Origin: an uncultured Acidobacteriota bacterium
GTDB taxonomy: Bacteria > Acidobacteriota > UBA6911
NCBI GenBank assembly: GCA_963827655.1
Contig: CAWHCF010000047.1
Coordinates: 1-64,000 of the forward strand
Length of the DNA: 64,000 bases
Direction: 5' to 3'
Below, in pieces: positions 50,120-59,909 of this stretch; positions within the stretch are counted from its first letter, which is position 1, and every line of letters begins with the position of its first letter. The position numbers were made by a program, and so were the translations under genes. The notes beneath the pieces were generated by a model, which saw only the letters and a list, made by a program, of their open reading frames with translations, was not told where the DNA came from and made no database searches.

Positions 50120-51440
50120 ACGTTCCTTCAATGAACCAGGAGCCGCTGTCCAGATCGCGCGCGATGCGGCAGAGCGTCCCGTTATTCAGTTCGACATCCC
50201 ATTCGTCCTTGGACCATCTTTCAGCAGACCACCATTCACCGGAGGTCCGCCACGGACCCGAGGATGCCACGACATCGCCCTGAACCGCCTGGAGCGATCC
50301 GGTTCTCGCCGGCGCAACGCGGACGGGAAACCCAAGAGGCGCCTCGACTTCAGCGCACAACGGGGGGCGAAACACCCGGAACCCGGCGAGACAGAGGCGC
50401 TGGGAGACGGCCGGATTAGCCTGGCCCGGGCCATTTTCCGGCCCGGTGAAATGCCGGATGCGAAAAGCTCCAGGGCGATGTGTGTCTACAAGCTCTGCTG
50501 CTCCGACGTTATCGGATCCGACCAGCTTCGCAATCCGCGCCAGTGTCAGTTCCAGTTTTTCCGGCGCCGGCGATGGAGGCACGAAGAGTCCATTCTGAAT
50601 CACCCGCGGTTTCACAGGCTCGGCCGCAAGCCAGACTGCCAGGACCGGCGCCTGAGGAGGATGACGTTCCACATCAAGCTCGAGCAGCTTCAGTAAGGTT
50701 TTGGCATCGCGCATGGCGAAAGGGAGCCGCATTCTTCGCTCATTCTCGCTCCGGTTCTCCAGTTTCAAACGAAGCCTGAGTTCGTTGGTAGCCAGCGAGC
50801 GCGTCTTGAGATGCGCGCAGAGCCGGGTTAGCAGGCTCGCCAGAATGAAGGAGAGCGGCTCTAAAAGCGATACCGGATGCTCCAGCTCGGCCCCGGTCTC
50901 GAAATTGATCACCGGCCGCGCGGGAACCAGTGGCCGATCGCTCGCGCCTTTTGCGAGCCTTTGCAAGCGGACGCCTTCCATTCCCAGTCGCTGGGAGAGG
51001 CCGGCCTCAGGGAGAGCCACGAGATCCCCAAAGCGGCGGATTCCCCAAATTCGGAGTGTCTGTTCAATTTCAAGCGCGCGGGAATCGTCGATTCCGGCCA
51101 GGAGAGGGGAAAGGATTTCCAGCGGCAGGCCACCCAAAAATTCCGCTTCCTGGCCGGGGGGTATGACGGAGATGCCTGGAAAACCTCGGGCGGCATGGAA
51201 AGCTGCGTCGGGATTACTCGCGATTGCGATGTTGACCTTGAGTCCCAGCTCCGCAGCGCTGCGCGCGATTTCGTGCGCGATATTCCGTGGCGAGCCAAAC
51301 AGGCTGCTCGATCCTCCGGCGTCCAGGATCACGGCGTCCAGCGCGCTATCCTCGACGTGAGGCGAGAATCGGCGGGCGCATTCGAGTAACAATGCGCGCC
51401 TGGAATCGGGCAGTTCAGCCCCATAGATACAGGCAAACAT
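50112..51440 (-). CDS. imuB: ImuB-like Y-family polymerase homolog
   Basis: FSP.VE, LFG and SGPWR.SGEWW..DEWD; lies between imuA and dnaE2. Confidence 0.85.
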   Translation of the reverse strand: MFACIYGAELPDSRRALLLECARRFSPHVEDSALDAVILDAGGSSSLFGSPRNIAHEIARSAAELGLKVNIAIASNPDAAFHAARGFPGISVIPPGQEAEFLGGLPLEILSPLLAGIDDSRALEIEQTLRIWGIRRFGDLVALPEAGLSQRLGMEGVRLQRLAKGASDRPLVPARPVINFETGAELEHPVSLLEPLSFILASLLTRLCAHLKTRSLATNELRLRLKLENRSENERRMRLPFAMRDAKTLLKLLELDVERHPPQAPVLAVWLAAEPVKPRVIQNGLFVPPSPAPEKLELTLARIAKLVGSDNVGAAELVDTHRPGAFRIRHFTGPENGPGQANPAVSQRLCLAGFRVFRPPLCAEVEAPLGFPVRVAPARTGSLQAVQGDVVASSGPWRTSGEWWSAERWSKDEWDVELNNGTLCRIARDLDSGSWFIEGTYD

Positions 51441-52227
51441 GGATTAATTGGCAATTTCTTGTTTTTTGACAAGATTTCCTAGTGTTTCTTCGTGTCTTCG
51501 GTCTTAGTGGTATTTGTTCCGCGCTAACCACGAAGACACGAAGACGCGAAGAAACACGGAATATTCTTGGTTCCAGCGGAGACAAAACCGGCTTGGTTCG
51601 TTCGACCTGGAACCGAATCCCATGCAATAGACCGGCGGCGCCGCATCCCTTCCATTCCGGATTCCCTCGCTTCATTTTTAGTGCCAGGGCACATGATTGG
51701 GCTTGAGGCTCCTGGTCGATTACAACCAGACCGGTAGGCGTTGCCTCAATAGCATGGTGAAAACGAAACCAGAAAGGAGACGGAATTCGACTGGCATGAC
51801 GGGGTGAAACGTCCCCTAGATCCAGGATTACAATCCCGAAGCCCCCTCCCTGCAGCAAAAATTCCGTTGCCTTGAACGCATGCTCGATGTTGGCAGCGCA
51901 TCGAATCCATAGCAGGCGATTTAAATCAACCCCGGCGGCTGAAGCAGAGGTGGGATCGAGCGAATCATTGCAATCGACCAGAGCGCAGATCTCCTGGCGT
52001 GTGGTTGCTTCGGCCAGAATGCTCACGGCAAGGGTCGTCCGTCCTGACGATCGAGATCCGAAAATTTCCGTGATGGCCCCGCGTGGAATTCCTCCAATTA
52101 TCGAATCGACCGCCGGAATTCCACTGGAGATTACCTCGGGACCCGGCTTTTCACGGAAGCGGACAGCAGGTCCGAAACGACTGGTCAGCACGGACTCTAA
52201 CTCCCTGAGCGCGACCTTCTCTGGCAT
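51415..52227 (-). CDS. imuA: ImuA/RecA-like protein with a repeat-derived C-terminal tail
   Basis: SGI..VD..GGIPRGAITEI.G..SSGRT, LDP.SA..AGVDL and GGFG.V.LD. Confidence 0.85.
   Translation of the reverse strand: MPEKVALRELESVLTSRFGPAVRFREKPGPEVISSGIPAVDSIIGGIPRGAITEIFGSRSSGRTTLAVSILAEATTRQEICALVDCNDSLDPTSASAAGVDLNRLLWIRCAANIEHAFKATEFLLQGGGFGIVILDLGDVSPRHASRIPSPFWFRFHHAIEATPTGLVVIDQEPQAQSCALALKMKRGNPEWKGCGAAGLLHGIRFQVERTKPVLSPLEPRIFRVSSRLRVFVVSAEQIPLRPKTRRNTRKSCQKTRNCQLIHVCLYLWG
51479..51562. repeat. Octamer-periodic REP-type inverted pair inside the imuA 3' end
   Basis: TGTTTCTTCGTGTCTTCG...ACCACGAAGACACGAAGACGCGAAGAAACAC. Confidence 0.85.
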
Positions 52228-52230
52228 TAT

Positions 52231-52283
52231 ATTCACCTTTTATTCACCTTGGCATTTTGCATTGCCCGGCGTTTAGCTGTCAA
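52231..52283 (-). promoter_or_regulatory. imuA promoter with candidate LexA direct-repeat box
   Basis: Minus strand TTGACA-18 nt-CAAAAT. ATTCACC-N4-ATTCACC (ATTC-N7-ATTC) at 52231-52248 has the geometry of the GTTC-N7-GTTC box. Confidence 0.65.
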
Positions 52284-52287
52284 CGGG

Positions 52288-52370
52288 ATTGACGATTTAC
52301 GATTGACGATTTACGATCGGAAAACTGGATCCTGATTTTAATCGTCAATCGTCAATCGTAAATCGTCAAT
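52288..52370. repeat. Heptamer ATTGACG inverted arrays (hairpin)
   Basis: GATTGACGATTTACGATTGACGATTTACGAT ... ATCGTCAATCGTCAATCGTAAATCGTCAAT. Confidence 0.9.
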
Positions 52371-52692
52371 GCTTATAAACGTGGTCAAGCACTTCAAGTG
52401 GAAACCGGGGAAAAGGCGCATTCATGCCAACCGATTCCGGAAATGCCGATGCAGGCCTTGGCTTGAAGCTGAAATTTCTCCAGCGATTGTATTGCCTGGG
52501 AGCTACTTCAGCTCAGGCTCTCCTGGGAGAAACAGTTCAGGGTCAGCGGTCGCGAGGGGAGTTCGTGAAATCTTCTTTGCTCCCAGGTCATGGCAACCGT
52601 TCACCCGTCATCCATTCTGCGGGCGCCCGACGACGAGACGCCGGTCGAGCGGCAAAGGTTCATCGATGATTTGAAAAAACTGAAGTCGATAC

Positions 52693-52767
52693 GACGATTG
52701 ACGATTGCATGGCTAGGCGACGCTGACTGGCCGGGTTTTCAATCGTCAATCGTCAATCGTCAATCGA
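52693..52767. repeat. Heptamer ATTGACG inverted arrays overlapping a stop codon
   Basis: The array encodes RLTIDD* of the adjacent gene. Confidence 0.85.
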
Positions 52768-53824
52768 AGGATGAGCAGGCCGGCTTCGCCGTCGGCCAGA
52801 AAAACGGTGATGCTGCCGTCCGGAGCGGATTCCGCCTGAACTCCAAGCGCCGTTCCGCTGGTATGGTATTCGGCTGCAATACGAGGTTTTTGTAAATCGT
52901 CAACGTCGAGCACTGTCAGTCCCCGTTTCCAGTTGGCCACGAAGACATAACGCCCGCTCCAGGCAACCCCGTGCGCCCAACCGCCCGATTCCGGATGAGC
53001 TCGATCTTTGGGGTTCAAACCCAATGAGTGGCGGGCAATCACCCTTGGCTGTGCCGGGTCCGAGAGATCTACCAGGCTTACCCCGCCATGCCCTTCCGCA
53101 ACCGCCGCCATAGGACGTCCATCGGGTGAGTTCCCCAGAGCCAGCGCAATTGCGGTGGCCGGCGTAGGGACTACGGCGATTTCCACAGGTTTTTCCGGAG
53201 CCCGGATATCGACGATACGCAGGCCGTAGTTCCAGTCGGCAAGGAGCGCGTGCTCCCGCCAGAGCTTGACATCGTGGGACCACCCGGGTGAGGCGAGCCC
53301 CGCAATCTGGCGAATCCCGTCTTTGCCCGGCTGAGCCACGACCAGGCCGTGCAGGCCAAATGCGACGAACGCCAGGTCGCCGCGCGTCGAGACGTAGTTT
53401 GCGATCTCGTTTTCAAACGCGAGCCGGCCGAGCACCGCTCCGTCGGGAGCCATGTGAACCAGTCCTTCGAACCGCGCGGCCAGCAGCAGGCCATCAGCCC
53501 GTGGGGCAAGCGAAATGACATCTGCCACCGGGGTGAAGGTCTGAGGCGAAGTTAACCCTTGGTCCCGCCGAAATACGAGGAGTCCCGCCTGGCGATCAGA
53601 GACGTAGATCTTGTTGTCTGCCAAAGCTACGTCGTGGGCCCATCCTGGAGTGTCGAAGCGCGCGGTCTCTTCGATGCGATAACGTCTCGAGCCGTGAATA
53701 CAGGCCGAAATGCAGAAAACCAGTGCGGCGAGAAGCGCAGTAGGCAGTCGCTTTCGGCCTTCCGACGCTTAGCTGATGGTAGCGCGGCGGAACTCCCACT
53801 TTCTTTGTTGTCTTGATTCGACAT
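52746..53824 (-). CDS. LVIVD-repeat beta-propeller lipoprotein; probable frameshift near 53760
   Basis: GLRIVDI, GVSLVDL and GLTVLDV repeats. The in-frame upstream RKRLPTALLAALVFCISAC looks like a lipoprotein signal, but the nearest ATG (53824) is out of frame. Confidence 0.75.
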
Positions 53825-53871
53825 TCAACGAAGGCAGTAGTCTACCTCGTTAATGCCCTTCTGCCTACTGC

Positions 53872-54648
53872 TTACTGCCTTACTGCTTTGCTCAAATTGC
53901 GGTAGTAAATCAGCCCGCGTTTGTAGCCGAGCCGGAACGGTTCCTGCTCGTGGATTTCACGATAATGTTTCCGCAGGTGCGGGCGTGCTTTGCTGAAGCT
54001 TTTGCCGCGTACCGCCGGATGCAATGCAGCCTCGAATCCCTGCCGGTAGGCCGATTCGTCGGTGGCAAAATCTCTTTCTCCAGCCCTGTAATGCTCGGCT
54101 TCAGCATCTCGCAGCCCAATCCACCACTGTTTCCGCGCCGCATCGATGCTTTCGGCCCCCACTTCCTCAAATGCCGTGCGCGCTGCATCGGCCTGTCCCT
54201 CGTCATCGGCAAGCGCAATAACGACCGTGCGCCCTCGTCGAAGAGCGTCTTCGTAAACAAAGAGCTCATCCTTCGGGAGACCGTCGGACATCGAATTCTC
54301 CAGCGCGCCACCGGCTGCCGCCCCGGCCGCCGCCCCGCCGGCTCCCAGCAGAGCGGCCGCGTAGAGCCCGGCCGCCGCGACGGCCCCCACGCCCGGCACC
54401 GCCAGGCTGGCGAATGCGGCCCCAATCGGGCCCAGGGCCGCGCCAGTGACTCCTCCGACGACAGCTCCGATGGCTTTCCCCATTCCGGGCTGCTCAGTTT
54501 CCAAGGTTGGGACTTCTGTAAGCGCTCTCGCGGAATCGCTGGGAGTCAGGAAATTGATGTTCTCGTCGCTTATACCAAGCGCGCGCAGCTTAAGGATCGC
54601 GTGCCGCGCTTCCGAGGAAGAGTTAAAAACACCGGTAACAGCTTTCAT
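53872..54648 (-). CDS. General-stress-protein-like glycine-zipper membrane protein
   Basis: VTGVF..A..AI..LR..G, Gly/Ala zipper, YEDALRRG; GGAGGTG RBS before ATG 54648. Confidence 0.75.
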   Translation of the reverse strand: MKAVTGVFNSSSEARHAILKLRALGISDENINFLTPSDSARALTEVPTLETEQPGMGKAIGAVVGGVTGAALGPIGAAFASLAVPGVGAVAAAGLYAAALLGAGGAAAGAAAGGALENSMSDGLPKDELFVYEDALRRGRTVVIALADDEGQADAARTAFEEVGAESIDAARKQWWIGLRDAEAEHYRAGERDFATDESAYRQGFEAALHPAVRGKSFSKARPHLRKHYREIHEQEPFRLGYKRGLIYYRNLSKAVRQ

Positions 54649-55054
54649 GTTCACCTCCGTGAACAAACAACGCAACTCGCATTCCACAGGCAGACAGCCA
54701 ACTGTTAGAGAGAGTTGAACTTGGAAATCTCCTGGCGAATGTCCCACCAGGAGGTGACCGTGAAGCAGGAAAAAATCCTCTGTGCTCCCTGAATACCACA
54801 AGACGTGAAGACGCGAAGAAACACCAAGATCAAACAAGGCTTGAGAAGAGCACGGTGGAAGCGTAAAGTAGATCCATAATCTCAATCGGGCTGCTCGTGG
54901 GACTCACCGACACTTGGAGCCCAGGCGTGACAAGGGAAGTCAGACCGGTCCGAAAAGCGCAGGTGGTTGTTTTTTCTGATTCGCCGAAGTTTCCCAATGA
55001 TCAGGAATCTTCACGGTATAAATCGGTCCAAGGGTGTGATCCAGCAGGTTCCAT

Positions 55055-55420
55055 GTGAAAATCCTCGTCGTTGATGATGATCCGGCGATGCGTCTCGTCG
55101 CCTCGATTGCCCTCGAACAGGTTGGCGGGTTCGAGGTTCTGCTCGCGCAGGGAGGCCTCGAGGCGATTGAATGCGCCAGACAAAACAAGCCTGACGCTAT
55201 CTTGATGGATCTGGTCATGCCCGACGTTGATGGGCCCGACGTTCTTCAAACACTGCGGAAGCACGAGTCTACCGACAAGATACCCATAATCTTCCATACA
55301 GCGAAGACGGATCCTTCAGAAGTCAGAGGGATGCTTGCTCTCGGCGCAAAAGGAGTTATTGGAAAACCCTTTGATCCGGCGGCGCTGGCAGAAGAAATCG
55401 AGCGAATTCTGGAGTCCTGA
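55055..55420 (+). CDS. Single-domain response regulator (CheY-like)
   Basis: ILVVDDD, PDAILMDLVMP, TA and KPFD. Confidence 0.93.
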   Translation: MKILVVDDDPAMRLVASIALEQVGGFEVLLAQGGLEAIECARQNKPDAILMDLVMPDVDGPDVLQTLRKHESTDKIPIIFHTAKTDPSEVRGMLALGAKGVIGKPFDPAALAEEIERILES

Positions 55421-55444
55421 AGAAGTCTTCAAAGCACCTGGCCT

Positions 55445-55912
55445 ATGGGTAAGAATCAGTCGCGCAAGTTGAGCCAGGTCTTAGAGCGCTTCTCGCACAA
55501 CGTCACCCAGTGGGCCGGCAGTTCCATGGCTTTTAGCGCCGCTCTGGCGGTGATCGTGGTCTGGGCGGTTACGGGACCAATCTTCGGGTTCTCCGACACC
55601 TGGCAGCTTGTCATCAACACAGGGACGACAATTGTCACGTTCCTGATGGTCTTTCTGATACAGCGCACCCAAAACAAAGAATCCAGGGCCATCCACGTAA
55701 AGCTCAACGAAATCGTAGCCGCGCTGGAAGGGGCCAGTAATCGCTTGATCGACGTCGAAGATTTGACGGAGGACGAGATCGAGACTCTTCACCAGCATTA
55801 CCGCAGACTGGTTGCGATGGCCAAAAAGGACTCGTCCTTGACCAAATCTCACTCCATTGAAGAGGCAGAAACGCGGCATCGCTCCAAGATCGAGAAGAGA
55901 CCTGCCGGTTGA
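55445..55912 (+). CDS. Low-affinity iron permease (Fet4-like) family protein
   Basis: FSDTWQLVINTGTTIVTFLMVFLIQ..QN..A...KL.E. Confidence 0.9.
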   Translation: MGKNQSRKLSQVLERFSHNVTQWAGSSMAFSAALAVIVVWAVTGPIFGFSDTWQLVINTGTTIVTFLMVFLIQRTQNKESRAIHVKLNEIVAALEGASNRLIDVEDLTEDEIETLHQHYRRLVAMAKKDSSLTKSHSIEEAETRHRSKIEKRPAG

Positions 55913-55945
55913 CCACTTTCGGTCTTCGCGCTAAAAAAACGAAGG

Positions 55946-58900
55946 CTACGATGACCGCGAAGACGCCAGGACCCGATCGTTCCGCTTCGCCAGCAGTCTC
56001 CAGGGAAGCTCCAGAATTATGAAGCTCAGGAGCGCGATCAGCTCCAGGGACAAGATGTACCAGGGCCAGGGCCCCAGGTAGTCGATCAAGGAAGGCTGCG
56101 AAGGCGGGTGCCGCAGATAGCCGTAGTTCCAGCCGAAGGCCAGGTCGAGCGCGCCCACAGCCAGCGCATACAAATTGACCGCGAGAAGCATGCGAGGAAC
56201 GCTGGCGGCGCGGGGTCGAAGTTTGCGGACCGCGATCAGATAAACGATCGCCAGCAGAATGGTTCCGTGAGACCAAAAGAATTGGATGAAATCCCAGGAT
56301 GGGAAACCTAGCCCGAGGTCAGGCGTAACGACCGCGTGCAGGGTTCCGCCCAGCCCCCAGAAATAAGCAATTTCAAAGGCAAGACGATCAGGCCTGAAAA
56401 GCGCGATGATGCAAGCCAGCAAGACGCAGTGGCATAGTTCGAGCGGAAGTGAGTTCTCCCAGCTCAGTTCGCCTGCCAGCCCTTTTTGCATGTAAGCCGC
56501 TACGACATAGGCTGCAAGCGAGACGCCAAGAGCTCTACCCAGCCCGTCCCTCTGCGCGGGGGAAAACCGCTCCGCGGACCACGCGATGAGGCCGCACAGC
56601 CCCACGATGATCCCCAGTGTGACCAGGTGTTCGACGCTGAACGGTTCGAAGCTAGCCGGCTCTGGCACGTCAATCGTCAATAAATCGTCAATCGTCAATC
56701 GTAAATCGTCAATTGCGCGGCCTGTATTCAGGTGATCGAAATTCAAAATTGCATTGAAGACCAGGAAGTAGGTCCCCTGGGTTTGACCGCGCCAGATTGG
56801 ATTGATCGAAAACAGGAGCACATGACCGCGCTCAACGGGCACATCGATTACGGCTGGATGCTGCGCGATCTCGCTGCCGGCTTCGAGGAGCCCCGAGATG
56901 AGCAGGTCCTTGGCTTCGGCATAGCGCAGCACGATACGCGGCCGGTACTCGGGAGGAATGACGTAGATCCCGTTGCGCTTTTGCTCGTCGGTGAGCGGAA
57001 GCGCCTCCCACGGCTCCGCCTCGGGTTCTTCGGGAAGCTCACCGGCGCGCCGGTCCTGCGGAGTATCAGGATCATCTGCCGTGCCCCGTCCGGTCGGCCG
57101 CTCACGTTCCTCGGGCCGCCTTCGCCCGGCCCTGCCGCCGGCCATGTTGCTGATATTGAAGATTGGACCGTCGAAGCAATAAACGGACATCGAGTCCCCA
57201 TAGCCGTAAGCGATCGGACTCGCTCGATCGACGAACTTCGAGCGCAGCACACTTCCGGCCACTTTCAGACGTTGCGGGCGGGCGATCTGGACCCCGGGTG
57301 TGAACCCGTAGGCGACGGCCAGATCGGCGGTGTCCATCACCCCTATAAGAAGGCCTCCCTGGCGAACGAAATTCTGTAGATTCTCGAGTCCCCGCCAACC
57401 CAGGCCCGGTCTTATATCGTCAGTGGCATCGATCTTTCCGAGGTTTGGAGTTTCAGGGGTTGTCTTCCAGGGGAGCGGGTTTCCCCACATCGGCATGCCT
57501 GCGACAATCGCCTGCGGTCCGCCCCGGCCGACCGGTGGAAAGAGAATGACGTCATACTTCGAAACCAGCGACTCGTCTTTCGCGACATCTTGAGTACTCA
57601 AGTACTGGTACGGGATTTTCAGTTGATCGAAGGCCAGGCGCCACCATCCCTCATTTTGCGTGCTCAACCAGGAGTGCAGGATTGCAATACGCGCCGCCTT
57701 GACCGGATGCGTTTTCGCCGCGGGAGCGGCATTCAACGCCCGGATTCTCAGGCCCAGCTCGGACGCAGCGCGCTCAATTTCGGCGGCTTGGACGTTACGA
57801 ACCAGAAAAGAACCTCGTGAGAATTTCTCCCCGTCAGCCTCGAACGGCTCCTCGACAGCCTCGAACGCCGCATCCTTAAAACGATAGCGCAACGTCATGA
57901 GCGCATTATCGGCATTATGATTCACGGCAAATACCGATCCGCTGCCTTTCAGGCTGCCCGGCGCGCGCACCTCGCCGGAGACCCTTTCCATCGGAGTCTC
58001 CAGAATGTTGGCGCCGGTTACCCGCACCACTTGCGCACCGAACAGCTCCCCCAGAGTCCAGCCCGTATCGTCATAGGGATTCTTCTGGGGATCGTTGGGG
58101 CTCCAGTACTGAGTATCGAGCAGCGCGTCAGCTACCCTGCTGTAAGGTTGATCCATCCGCACGATGTAACTGCCGGCCGCGAACTGACGCGTTTCGGGAG
58201 TGGATTCCTTTCTGACTTCGCCTGCCGCGCCGTCGCTCGACGACCTCCGGGGCTTCTTCTTCGGTTCCAAGGTCACGGAAAACTGGCCGGTGGCCCTGGA
58301 AATCTCGCATCCCTGGAGCTGGATCAGCCGAAGAAGCTCGGCCTGGCCGCCGGGTCGCGGATCGTCGGCCGGAAAGATATAGGCGGATGGTCCCGCCTCT
58401 TTCGGCTTCAGGATCGAACGCTTGCTCTTGAGATAGAAGTTGCGCAAGAAGAGTTTTGAATTGGCTGCGAAGTGAGACAGCGACACCAGTAATCCCGTCT
58501 GCTGGTAGTTATTGTTGTTGCGCTGCGACCATCTGGCTTTGGGCAACGGCGGGTTCTGGCGGTACCAGGTTCTTGCATACTGCTGGGGTTCCAGGGTGCG
58601 TTCCAGCGTATCAGCGCCGCCATTACCAAACGTCTCATAGAGCCGGCTGATTCCGTTGTGAGTGGCCGCAAGAAACATGAGGTAGCCCGGCGACCATGTG
58701 TCGAAGGTGCCGTGGGCAAAGACGCCCGGCATGCCAAACTTGGTCATCTCCGAGACGTTGTGCCAGCCGATCATCTGCCATTCGTCGGCCAGGATAGGAT
58801 CAATCCACGCATTGTAGGGGCCGTCGCCAATGGTGTTGTCGTACAGGTAGGGTACGGATTCGTGCAGGTCATGCAGGACCTGAGCTTTCCAGTGGAGAAA

Positions 58901-59707
58901 AGTCTTCAACACATTCTGGGTGAGCTTAAGGGATAGACCAATGGCGTCGCGGTTGTTATCGTGCCCGACATACTTTCCCCAGTAGACCAGCGGCGGCCAG
59001 TTCAGGTCTGGATTGGCCAGGTGCCAGTTGTAGATATCGACCTGGCGGTCGCGTCCGTCCACTTCGACAATGGGAGTGATCAACGTGATCATGCCGTCGC
59101 GGATTGACTTGACGTAGGGACTGTCGTCTACGGCCAGACGGTAGGCTAGCTCCATAAGAGCCGTCGGCGATCCGGTCTCAGGTGAGTGTATCGCGCCGGT
59201 GATGTAGTACACCGGCACCGAATCAGCCAGAATCCGCTCGGCCTCACCGTCGTTCATGTTGATCGTGCGCGGATCGGCAAGCCGTGCGAGACGTTCGCGA
59301 TTCTCCTGGAGGCGTGCCAGAAGTTGCTCCGACGCGACCGCGACCGCGATCATCTCGCGCCCTTCTTCGGTTGAGCCGATTGAATAGACCTTCACTCGAG
59401 GGCTCGCCTTTTCGAGCATCCGCATGTAACGGTACACGTCGGCTGAGTAAGGCAGTTTCCCAGGAGCGCCGGCAATGTCCCCAAGCACAGCCCTCGGTGT
59501 GGGCACGCTCTTCGATGCCGGAAGATAGTCGACCAGAGGCGAGCTGAAGAAGGGCTCGGTCGTATACTCACGGATCTTGTTCGTATACTCTTCGTCGATC
59601 GGCTGCGACGGGTGACGTCCGGGTCGTGGCGGGTCGGCGGCGACCAGCGCGGTGGCGAAGCAGAGAGCGGTCAAAGCGATGGGTCGCGTCATTTCAGAGA
59701 AGGTCAT
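55946..59707 (-). CDS. M14 zinc carboxypeptidase-like protein fused to a YwaF-like membrane protein
   Basis: Signal peptide, HSPE, DNNRD and DLHE. The last ~240 aa carry LPLELC, TPDL, FFWSH, NYGYL and LGPWP.Y. The linker is a heptamer array. Confidence 0.85.
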   Translation of the reverse strand: MTFSEMTRPIALTALCFATALVAADPPRPGRHPSQPIDEEYTNKIREYTTEPFFSSPLVDYLPASKSVPTPRAVLGDIAGAPGKLPYSADVYRYMRMLEKASPRVKVYSIGSTEEGREMIAVAVASEQLLARLQENRERLARLADPRTINMNDGEAERILADSVPVYYITGAIHSPETGSPTALMELAYRLAVDDSPYVKSIRDGMITLITPIVEVDGRDRQVDIYNWHLANPDLNWPPLVYWGKYVGHDNNRDAIGLSLKLTQNVLKTFLHWKAQVLHDLHESVPYLYDNTIGDGPYNAWIDPILADEWQMIGWHNVSEMTKFGMPGVFAHGTFDTWSPGYLMFLAATHNGISRLYETFGNGGADTLERTLEPQQYARTWYRQNPPLPKARWSQRNNNNYQQTGLLVSLSHFAANSKLFLRNFYLKSKRSILKPKEAGPSAYIFPADDPRPGGQAELLRLIQLQGCEISRATGQFSVTLEPKKKPRRSSSDGAAGEVRKESTPETRQFAAGSYIVRMDQPYSRVADALLDTQYWSPNDPQKNPYDDTGWTLGELFGAQVVRVTGANILETPMERVSGEVRAPGSLKGSGSVFAVNHNADNALMTLRYRFKDAAFEAVEEPFEADGEKFSRGSFLVRNVQAAEIERAASELGLRIRALNAAPAAKTHPVKAARIAILHSWLSTQNEGWWRLAFDQLKIPYQYLSTQDVAKDESLVSKYDVILFPPVGRGGPQAIVAGMPMWGNPLPWKTTPETPNLGKIDATDDIRPGLGWRGLENLQNFVRQGGLLIGVMDTADLAVAYGFTPGVQIARPQRLKVAGSVLRSKFVDRASPIAYGYGDSMSVYCFDGPIFNISNMAGGRAGRRRPEERERPTGRGTADDPDTPQDRRAGELPEEPEAEPWEALPLTDEQKRNGIYVIPPEYRPRIVLRYAEAKDLLISGLLEAGSEIAQHPAVIDVPVERGHVLLFSINPIWRGQTQGTYFLVFNAILNFDHLNTGRAIDDLRLTIDDLLTIDVPEPASFEPFSVEHLVTLGIIVGLCGLIAWSAERFSPAQRDGLGRALGVSLAAYVVAAYMQKGLAGELSWENSLPLELCHCVLLACIIALFRPDRLAFEIAYFWGLGGTLHAVVTPDLGLGFPSWDFIQFFWSHGTILLAIVYLIAVRKLRPRAASVPRMLLAVNLYALAVGALDLAFGWNYGYLRHPPSQPSLIDYLGPWPWYILSLELIALLSFIILELPWRLLAKRNDRVLASSRSS
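56668..56713. repeat. Heptamer ATTGACG array read in frame as the fusion linker
   Basis: Encodes IDDLRLTIDDLLTID. Confidence 0.9.
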
Positions 59708-59909
59708 GCCTGTCCTCCGGTCTCGATTGCGGATTTCGGATTGTAAAAGGGGCGTTAGCAGACGTTAATTAAATCCGAAGCCGGCATCCGGATATTCTAC
59801 ACCGGAGGCCGAAGATTCGTGACATTCGCGCCTGGCCCGGCTGTCAGAAGTTGTGAAGAGATTCAGCCGAATGGACGCTCGGATTGACACTTTCCGAAGC
59901 CTTATGTGC

